Below are positions 25,401-35,500 of a stretch of DNA of 64,000 bases, one piece after another. The notes beneath the pieces are model-generated. The model saw only the letters and a program-made list of their open reading frames with translations, was not told the origin of the DNA and did no database searches. The translations under genes were made by a program, and so were the position numbers. Origin of the DNA: Bugula neritina (taxonomy: Eukaryota; Animalia; Bryozoa). Each line of letters starts with the position of its first letter. Within the stretch, counting starts at the first letter, position 1. The stretch spans positions 4,310,741-4,374,740 of the forward strand of contig OZ037768.1 of the NCBI GenBank assembly GCA_964035545.1, written 5' to 3'.

Positions 25401-28400
25401 TTTGTCCTGTTATAGATTGCAAATCTCCGTTGCTGTAGCTATGCCTGTATGCTTAGTTTACATTCCTTACGCAATATCTCTGCAATAAGCAAATACCCAA
25501 CACTTACAGCTTAGACTATATCAGTCAAAACTTTCATACTGTAACCCATGTAATTCAGTGATGGATAATTTTTAATGTTTATTATCATTTTTACTCAAAA
25601 ATAATTGACTATTCATGGTAGTTTTATGATCATGTCACGTGTTTTCTGGTGTCTTTAGTTTGTGGAGACTGTAAAGAGAGATTGCCCGCACGTGTACCTT
25701 GAAACAGTAACCCTAGAAGATGGTACTCTGGCTATCAAGTTTTCTCCCCTTGAATATGCATACGGTATGCTTCTCTATTCCGGATATAATAGCATAACCA
25801 TGGGTCAACTGATTGCTACTACTTTATGTGCCAACTTAATTCTTAGCCAAGTATACCTAATTCTTGAAAATTTGCTTTGTAGCCTTAGGGACTACAGAAG
25901 ATCATGTTAAAGAGTTCATAGGGGTAGCTCAAAGACAGTTGGTGAGTGATTGCATTTTATCAAAGTATTTTATATAAGATGCACAATCAAGTGACACAAA
26001 AATCGTTTTATCTTTAACTTTTATTGTTGTGCCTGTTCTAAAGTCTTTGGGAATGCTTCGTGAGATAAATGCTACTATGTCACAAATATACTCATAGTGA
26101 CTATTACTACTACTATACTCATAGTGACTGTTACTACTACTATACTCGTAGTGACTGTCACTATATTGTTAATACTGTTGTACATACAGAGTATGATTTA
26201 TTTGTGTCCAGAGCATAATGGATGCCACAGTTAGTCACCGGGAATCATTCATAGCAGTTGTGGAGGCACAAGACAATCTGACGTACATAGAAATACCCGG
26301 ATATGCTGGCATCGGTGCTGTTCAGTAAGTCGTCTGCTGAATTTTCTTTCACAGTTTGTCAACATTTTACTGTGTGAGGTGTTGTGTGTGTTATGCGTGT
26401 GTGTGGTGTGCTGTACAAGATGCAATCATACAAATCCACATTAAGATTTTGCTGCATGTTTTATGTGAATGATAAATATATTGGCGTAACACGAACAACA
26501 TTTCTGATGTCTAGTGCTAACCTCCTTTCTTCTTTCATACACACTGTTCTTCATTGGTTCATTTCTATATGAAACTTGCTTTTAGAGATGCTTTTAGTAT
26601 TTCACTCACTCATTATGCTTCAAGTCGAGCGGACTGGTCAAATTCAGTGTGATTTGAGTGGCTGTTTTATCAGAGATGGTAATGTGTGTATAAATAAGTA
26701 GGCAGACTACACTCATATCATATCTCTACTCACACCCAGGTACATACCCACTGATTGGCTGGAGCACCTGTCCAACCTGCCACCCAAAGGTAAGGATGAG
26801 ATAGACAAGATCAACATGGAGCTGGTGCATCAGCTGAAGTCTAGTGACTCAGCATTCACTCTGGGATATACTAAAGACAACCTGGCGTGTGCGAGGTTTG
26901 GTCTTATCTCTCAGGACACTGATATGGAGGAGCTGCTGGGACTAGTCTACACTACTGGCAAAGACATAGAAGAGTCGTCTAGGGTGAGTGTGACTACAGA
27001 GTATCACTGAGTGTGACTATAGAGTCTCACTGAGTGTGAGTACAGAGTTTCACTGAGTATGACTACAAGTACTGTGTAGAGTATCATTGAGTGACTACAA
27101 GTATTACCGGGTGTGACTGCATATACTGTTATCTTTACTAGTTTATGGAGCAAATGGCAGAGCTGGTAAAGAAAGGAATACAGCAGGCCAACGTTGATCT
27201 GGAGAAAGAGAATGAGTCAAGACTACTTCAAGAGGTGTGTGTCATGTGTTATGAGTCATGTGACATGTGTTATGTGACATGTGTTATGGGTCATGTGGCA
27301 TGTGTTATGTGACATGTGTTATGTGACATGTGTCATGGGTCAATACTAGTACTACTTATACTACTAATACTAGCTTTTTGTTTCTATTGCTATATGGTTT
27401 CTACAGGTGTGTATGTCTAATACTGCCTTAATGTTGACAAAGAACTTGGGCTATTATAAGTTGCTAATAAATTTATTTAGCATTAAATGGGTTACCTTAT
27501 GTACACTGCAATATACTATTGGATTTTTATTAAATACAATGGAAGTTGAACAATGAATTTGCAGGTTACCGCCAAAGTCACGGTAAACTATTTGGCATTA
27601 AAGATGTTGAGTTTAACATGTTGTTTCTGATGATAATTATTTACCCTAGATTTGTTAGCTTTTCCTTGTGAAATCTGTAAGTTTTAGCTGGTAAAACGTT
27701 GTGCCACATGTTCTAGGTATAGGATGTGCGTATGCCAATCTGTGTGCGACAATATCCAGTATGTCATCATCTCCTCATGCTTTGTGTTGTCTTTCACAGG
27801 GAGTCCTGAGACAGATTCCGGTGGTCAGTTCTTTTGTCAACTGGTTCTCCCCTCCACCCAAAGAGGTCTCCAATATCAAAGGACGAGCTTTCAACTTGAA
27901 TTCAGGTACAACTACTGCATCCATATTTGAAATGTTAAACAATTTAATAGAAAAAACACAATTTGCTTGAATCAGTAGTTTTGTCTCAAGACAAAAGTAA
28001 AACTGCAATGTGTTGTACTGCTAATATTTCTGTGGCCATTTTGTTTTCTCAATAGGAACGGTGAAGAGCACAGAGCAGACGTATAAACACCACATGCAGA
28101 TATTAGAGCAGCAGCCTGTCACCCCTAAACGGCAGCAGCCGCTCAAAACTATTCTCAAACCCCCAGCCGGGTCTGTCAGCACCCCTCCGTCCTCCCCTTC
28201 CACTCAGCACAACAACTCCCCTATTGCCAGTACGTCAAGTCTATACTTGATTCGTAATCTTGTCTTACTAAGTCATGATGAAACACCCATGTGACTGCAA
28301 TTTTTATTAGTAGATAATACATCATTTCCTGTTTCAGTTCGCAATCTTAACTAGGTTTTTTTCCCTAAGCATTCCTCTACAAGTGGAAGCTCTAGTTTAT

Positions 28401-28629
28401 GTTATCCAATGACTAGTTGCCTATTTCAGATGTAGCAGTTAGTTCTGCCTCTGCCACAGTAGCTGCGTCCTCCACTCTCCCAGCCACTCCTTCCACCAGT
28501 GAGAGTGATACCTCCACCACTGCTACTTCTTCCGATTCCAACACTTCTGGCTCAACACTCGAGACTGTAACTTCTCCAGAGGTCAGCCCTAGGGACCCAC
28601 CCTCTACCTCCCACACCAAAGAGGTATAG
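15298..28629 (+). CDS. PDXDC1: Pyridoxal-dependent decarboxylase domain-containing protein 1
   Basis: Exons 15298-15414, 16629-16702, 17516-17590, 17854-18129, 19031-19186, 19834-20023, 20357-20428, 21096-21174, 21701-21785, 21922-22198, 22765-22815, 23369-23455, 23967-24036, 24667-24770, 25659-25764, 25883-25941, 26212-26324, 26740-26983, 27142-27234, 27800-27905, 28056-28229, 28430-28629 join in frame. Recognisable PDXDC1 segments: SHSMAAY..RILNDTTEW, EGLINVCRLAL, IWLHVEGLNLATL, LPLWIALQ, GVLRQIPVVSSFVNWFSP, KGRAFNL. Confidence 0.9.
15430..16020. repeat. Degenerate 6-nt-periodic tract (AGTATC/ACTATC/AGTGTC-type) in PDXDC1 intron 1
   Basis: Runs such as agtatcagtatcactatcagtatcagtatgagtgtg. 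Confidence 0.65.
16750..17445. repeat. 16-nt minisatellite (ACTGTAGAACATAGTA-like), more than 40 degenerate copies
   Basis: Direct tandem copies in PDXDC1 intron 2. Explains the spurious ORFs 16648-16830 and 17163-17456. Confidence 0.93.
19672..19805. repeat. 35-nt minisatellite (TAGTTACTGATAGAACTAGTGTAGAATATAGTTAC), about 4 copies
   Basis: Direct tandem copies just upstream of the acceptor at 19833. Confidence 0.88.
20455..20680. repeat. 17-nt minisatellite (GTGTATAGTGTGGGTAT)n
   Basis: Direct tandem copies just after the donor at 20429. Confidence 0.9.
22208..22458. repeat. (CT)n/(CCCT)n polypyrimidine microsatellite
   Basis: Almost pure C/T tract following the PDXDC1 donor at 22199. Confidence 0.95.
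26984..27340. repeat. Two degenerate short tandem repeats (GAGTGTGACTACAGAGTATCACT-like; CATGTGTTATGTGA-like) beginning at PDXDC1 donors
   Basis: Repeats visible at 26984-27120 and 27235-27340. Confidence 0.7.
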
Positions 28630-29507
28630 AAACTCTACTATTGTGTCTATTATTGCTAACTACTGTTTGGGGTGTGTATTATATCCATTGCTTTGTGTGT
28701 TTTAATTAGACAGATGAAGTTTTCAGTGAAAATTATTTTCTTGGTATTGATTTTTAAACTAAGCCCGGTATCAGTGACACACACTAGTGTAAGACTTGGC
28801 ATGCTGTGTAGTGATGGCTGTTTACATTGCACTTGTCAGTGTGTCATGTGCCTATATATAGGTGTTTACTATTGTGCTGTATGTATTTGTCAACAGTAGC
28901 TGTGTTGTGGTTATCGCCAATGTGTAGGGCAATGCTATAAGTTCAGTTTGTAATATTTCAGGTTGACTTGAAGTGAACTATTGGTACAGAGTATGTATGA
29001 GGACAGAACAACTGTGGTAATATCATCATGTATATGCACTAGAAGACTGCACTGTGATATTATATTAATCTAAAACAGTAACAATAAAACAAATCAAGTA
29101 CATAAAATATCAACACTTCCCAGAATAAATACAGTTTATGCTCATTACGGAATATGTTACTCCTGGTGTAATAATTTTTTTCTTTTGGTAATTTAAATGT
29201 TCTATTATAACATTCCACATTAGCAATTTCCGGTTTCTTCTAATTTTCACTATGATATTATAAAAATATTATAATACAATTAAATTATTGGTTCAATACA
29301 TTACAATAAATTATTAATCAATTTAATACCCATTATATTGAAGACATTGATTTTTATTGTTATATAATTACTAGCATTAATTTATTGTCTGCTAAAATGC
29401 CAAGGCATTGTATACACAATTGCCGACAGTAAATATATAGTCTGAGATTCCTTGAATGCAGGCAGGTCTCTAAGATAAAGCTACACAACTGTTTGGTTCC
29501 TAGTAGA

Positions 29508-32500
29508 CTATGTTCCCCGGGGAAACATAGTTGCCAGTGATACTACAATAGATATCGTGTAGAGGCAGAAGAATGTTCTGTCCAGAACTAAGGCTACGGC
29601 CCTCCACTCCCCTCTCACCTTCTCTAGACTCTCCTGTGCCCTCTGTTTGTATATTAATGTCTTGATAAACCTTCTTATCTCCTTGACGTCTGACTCAAGG
29701 CTCTGGTACAGGTGTATAGGAGACAAGTCAGGTGACTGATCTACGTTCTCCTTGATAGAGTTCTTACTAGTGTGGGTGTGGTTGTTGTGGTTATTAGCAT
29801 TGGCTTGGTTCACTCTGTAGGTGCACGGTGAATCTGTTAGAGAAGACAACTCACGTGGCTGATACTTATTGTATTTCATTTCGTGAGCCTTTATTTTCTT
29901 TAGTTCCTTCCTAATTCTAGGGTCTGTTTCAAATTGAGAAGGTGGTTTGTCTTTTGGGACGTAATTTGTCATGAAAACTACTCGTGCTAAGCCCACCAAC
30001 ACAATCTACAAGGACATGCATAGTTGCTTTACACTCTGCAGTATTTTCCTGTTGAAATTGAAAATCAATGGTGCTTAAACCATCATGAAAATAACTATTT
30101 GCATTTGTGATATAGATAAACATTAAACAATGTTCAATATTTTACGTAGACCTTGAAATTTCTATACATGTTAAGTAAATCACTTGTATAATTTATGACT
30201 ACACCCATACTAATCCTATAACAGAGATACTCCCAAATACACATTTGAAAACTATCAAAACTTACTCGTTTAACCCAATAAGGAACTTTATTGGTTCGTG
30301 GACCGCGAAAATACAAGTGAATGACTACAACAGCTAAAAATGTCGATAAGGTTATCATAATCATGTTCAGACAGTAGTAGGCCCCTGCAATAGAGTAAAT
30401 AGAGAATATTATAACATAAGTAGAGAGGTTGCCCAATTTATTCAGCATTGTATATATGTATAGCTTGAGAAAAAATTGTCTGCCATAGTACTAAACATAT
30501 TTTTTTAATGTTATGTATAATGTGCATTAAAAATTCTAAAATTTTCTTCTGGTACCAAAAGTAATGATATATAGAGTTCTCATAGCAGACATTTTGAATT
30601 GCTAACTTTGTTTAATTTAATAACTTGAAATCACTAGAGTAGCATTTCCTTACAATAAGTGGTATATTGATTTCAAAAACTATACCTGTATAGTTAGCAG
30701 CCGACAATTATGTAAAAATCAAGTGTTAGTTATAAAAGAAAATAATATTAGTATTGAACTGTTAAACACCAAACTGGGTCACACAAACTATAATATGCGA
30801 AGTACTAAATATTGAAAATTAGTAAAGCATGCAAAAGCAGCAACCAAAAATCAATAGATAGAGTCAGGCTTTACAGCATTTCAATTTGTACAATGTGCTA
30901 TATGTGCATGTAGCTTGTGGGCAATAAACTGTTTAAATGCATTCAATGAACTCGATTTTTTCATTAGGTTAAATTAGAACCTTTCTATGTCAGTTAAACA
31001 AACCAATCAAATAATCATAAACATAAAATGTGAAGCACTCAAACAGATTTGTCATCTAACCTAATGTTTAATTGGCCAATTAATTTTGATTGCGATCTTG
31101 AAACTCAAACTATGCTGGTTTGATAATCAGGTCCTCTGTCTTGCTTTTAGCCCAAATAAGCAATTAACTGCAGCATAAGCATGTAACTTGAATTGAAGTA
31201 AATAATTAAATGTTATTTCAGAAAGTCAATTAGAATTGAAATGCTAGTGCCAATCTAAAAATGAATCAGTACCTATGCGGGGTATACTCTCTGAATCAGC
31301 AGGACACGAATCAGCTAACAGTAGTAACAACACAAAAAAGGCCACAAATATACTCATGCCTACAAATAGAGAATATTAATACAAGCCAACAGACTAAATA
31401 TTATATAAATCACTCTCATACATGTATTTTATAACTGGTACTTCAGATGTGCTGGGCTCCACAACTTCACTAACTTGACAAAATAAACTAATAATTATTT
31501 AGCCAGCGTTGAATTACCAGTTATTTCTATACATGTACAAAATCATAAGGGGGTGCTAACACTTCAAACAGTGATGTGCTTAATGCAACACTTTAAACCA
31601 GCTTGATGCAAAGCATAATTCCCTCATCAACTAATTGAAAGACATTTTCAGGACAACCCATGGTAATTAATGCTGATTCAGTCAAGCTGGTTAAAAGCAT
31701 TGCGTTTGCGAGTGGTGGAGTGAGTGACGTGGGGGTCTGCACAATGCTGCTGTTACCTATTAGCGGAATTGCTGCCGCAGCAGGTGGCGTGTTATCAGTC
31801 AATAACAGAAGTAGTAGAAAAAACGCCACAAAGATGTTCATTCCTAAAATTATATAACAATAATTTAAAATAAATAGTATACTAGTTTCTTGAACACAAA
31901 CAGGAATGTAATGGCTTTGCTTTGTTTTGTGTGAATGTCAAAGAATCATTCATGCAGTGGATAATGACTTGACATTGAGAATAGCTCTGCTTCTTCAATG
32001 ATATTTTGACCAGATTTTCTCAACTAATGCAAAATTATTGTTAAAATATACAAAAACTACTTATCAATAATTGCTAGTAATAATTTCTACACAAAGTGGT
32101 GTATTTCAAGTCTTTATATTCCAACAGCTGGCAATTTTAAATAATTTTCAAAATGCAGAGTAAAATATTATTTGTATCATAATATATAGTACATTTCATC
32201 ATACGAAAGCGATGAAAAAACGAGTAACATGTTAAATGGAACTTTCAGAATATATATATAAAGTGCATGATGCTTGCATATAATACCATGTAAAACATGA
32301 ACTGAAAATGCTATAAGGGCATTTACTCAGATTGTGTGTAAATGTACATTTACAGATGAAATTGCAATTGTACATTACCTGCTTGTTATTTTATAATTTA
32401 AATTTATTTATGATCATACGCACATCTAAATGCATGCGGATTTGCATTATGTCATCTACAATCAAGTTAAATTTGTACCATTGCATATTTTTTAAATGTT

Positions 32501-35500
32501 CAATACACGACTCAGAGTTTGTTCTGTGTAGAAAAGAAAGTTTGTGTAACACTAGAATGTTTCCCTAAAGACAAAACTAATGGTTTATAATTCTATTTAG
32601 TGGAAAAAGGAATAAATAATTATGATAAGAAAAGCACATCAAGCTTATTCCTTCTTCTGGAAGCCCAGTGTTACATTAGTAAAGTTTCTTTATGCTGTTG
32701 AAGTGTTAGGATAAAGTTTTCAAAACAATTAGTTGTACTAAAACAACTTCACTCCAACTGCATAATATGTTATAAAGTTAAGCTATTAGTCTGCACTGTG
32801 CTTATTGTATGAAACAGTCTAAGTAAGCATATATGCTGAGAAATATGCTTATTGTTGGTTATAGCACAGGTAATTCGTGCGGAGAGATAGTTGCACAAAA
32901 CTGAGCGAATCTAATGGGAAAAGGCACAACAAAGCTGATCTGCTGACAGCTACAAGAGGGACAGCTTACCCAGCTGCATTTTAGCAGCAGATTCTGGTGG
33001 CAGCCAGAATAGAATCATTGTCAGCAGGGAGAGCAGAACGCAGGGCAATATCAGAATGTAGTTGTAAAAAGCCACCTACAAAACCCAACCTATCATGAAG
33101 AAAATTAGTAAAGTTGACCTTGAGACAAGGTATACCAATAATTCCAGAGCTCTGATATGACTATTTATGTAATCAGTTCAACTGTGAGTCTCAGACTTAG
33201 AAAGTTGAGTTGTGACTTAAGTTTTATGACTTGCAGAGCTCTAGAAATGTATTGGTATGCCTTCAACGGCCTGATTTGTAACTTTGGCCGACACAAACTC
33301 ACCCATCTGCATCTTAGCAGGAGACTCAGGGGGCAGCCAGAAAAGCACCATAGTCAGTAATGAGAGTAGCACACAGGGTAATATCAGTATGTAACTGTAA
33401 AAGGCCACCTAAAAACTCATCACCAATAGTACAAGCATAAATTTATTTGCATTGAAATTTGTTCATTTCACTCCTAAAAGTATCATATATTTTATTTAGT
33501 TTAATATTTTATCTAATTATGATCAAATGTCACTGAAAAGCAGGAAAAGCTATGTTTCCTATAACAAGGCACTGTAATTTAATTTATGTGTTACAATGTA
33601 AATAATACAAGTTTTAACTCCACAAATGTCCACAAAGTCAAAGTATTTTGACTTCACAGCAATTTCCAACATACTAATCTGTTATATAACATGAAGCAGC
33701 ACAAGGTTGAATTTCTAACCAATAATTTTGATAGGATAAATCATTTGACTTTGGTGCTTGAACTTGCATCACATTAGTTTGAAGAGTTAAAAGTATCGAT
33801 TTTACCTGCCGTTTAATGACCACTGTAAAAGTGAGGTCAGGAAATGGCTGAGTGCAACACGGGTAGAAAATGACGTTCTTTCTACCGGGGTGAGCTAACA
33901 CGTCCCACTCATTACTAGGAACATAGTCCGTCAGAGAAATGTGCGGAGAATCCTAATAAAAAATACAGTTTCTAATTAGTGAGCCACATAATGGAATAAG
34001 AGTTCAAACACCCCCAGCAAACTATTGAGAGAGAGATGGAGTTATAAACCTGATTCTTAATTATATTATATAGAAATGCTTGTGGAGATCATTTATCTTG
34101 ATATTAAACTACTATAATTGAAAAATCAATGTCCATATCAGAGCTGCTTATGAAAGTATACAACAGCCCATACAGTGAAAAAAAGGCTGCACTGAAGTTA
34201 TATTAGACATGAGTGACCACTATTTGAAATATATAGTTATAGGAATATCTTACTTGATAGAAATCTATATCCAATTTTAATCCATCGTAAGACCAGGAGC
34301 CAAACTTGAGATGGCAGATTTGGGAGTCAAACGGGAAGTTTGTAATATCAATTGAGCAGGCGCTTTTAAATATACTCGTTGGAATCCAAAGCACTTCACC
34401 ATTCTCTGACACCACACAGAGAGCATCGCGGAACTCTGACAGTCGGTCATCAGCGCTGTAAATGTTACCATGACAACATGTAAACACATTTTGAATGTTA
34501 TCTGGAAGGTTTACGATATTACTTTGTTTGCTGATCGCAAATCTTTGAAAAAAAACTAATTTTTTAAATAGTAGTGTTGACAAAGTTGAGTTATAATGTT
34601 AAATTTCTGCCTAATTTATTTATAAAAAATGTAAGTAAACAGCAACTAACATGTAAAATCAAATACATCATTTTCTTTTATAAACAACTGTGAGTTATAT
34701 ATTGAAGGACACTGCTGGACCTAAGCAAATAAGTTGCCCACTTTTGTTTAAAATTGTTCCACATTTGTACCATACCCTTGTTTTTAAATACAAATTAGAA
34801 GTACATAATATATAGATCATTTTTGTATTCTGTAATTATGCATATGAAAAATTTCAATAGTTTCATTCTTATTAACACTGGTGAGAAAACTAATTGCACT
34901 TATATATAGAATACTTACCTTTGTTATATTACATATGCAATGCAATTGTTGTGTAAGTGGTTAATAATTAACAAAAGTTCTTTTCAAGCCTATAGCTTCC
35001 ATTCATATAATTACCTCTATTGTATGATCATGGGAATTGCCATAGGCAGTATGAGCATGATGCAGTTATGAGAAGACGCTATATCCACATACGTAGTAGG
35101 TGTGGGTGGAAAATTTACATTGTACTTATAGTAAATAGTAACAGTACTAAAAGAATGTATTATGTAAGCTGAGAGTTGAGCCTTACAGAAATGAAATAAA
35201 TTGAAATAAACCAACAAACTAAAGTTATAAAATTTAAAAAATTTTTGCATTTAAACTGTTTAGTATTTTTGATATTTGACACTTTCAAATAGAATTAAGG
35301 GATCTCGTCATAGGAAGGTAATATTAAGTACTCAATATACGAACTAGTTGTAAAGCACTAAGTCAGGTCTCCAAATATCTTTAGCAGGAACTCGAACTTC
35401 ACTGACTCCACCATAATCACTTGAGTTCCAGCTGAGTAGATAGTCTGTCCAAATCTGTTATAAGAATAATATTACTATCACAGACTATAAGCATTTCTGT

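Noticed and set aside
31273-33408. Duplicated exons as an assembly haplotype artefact or pseudo-exons
   Set aside because: The copies differ at many synonymous sites, flanking introns are unrelated, and all four keep frame and splice sites.
35093-35124. Possible 32-nt poison microexon in nAChR-3
   Set aside because: Weak AAG acceptor and no independent support; not distinguishable from chance.
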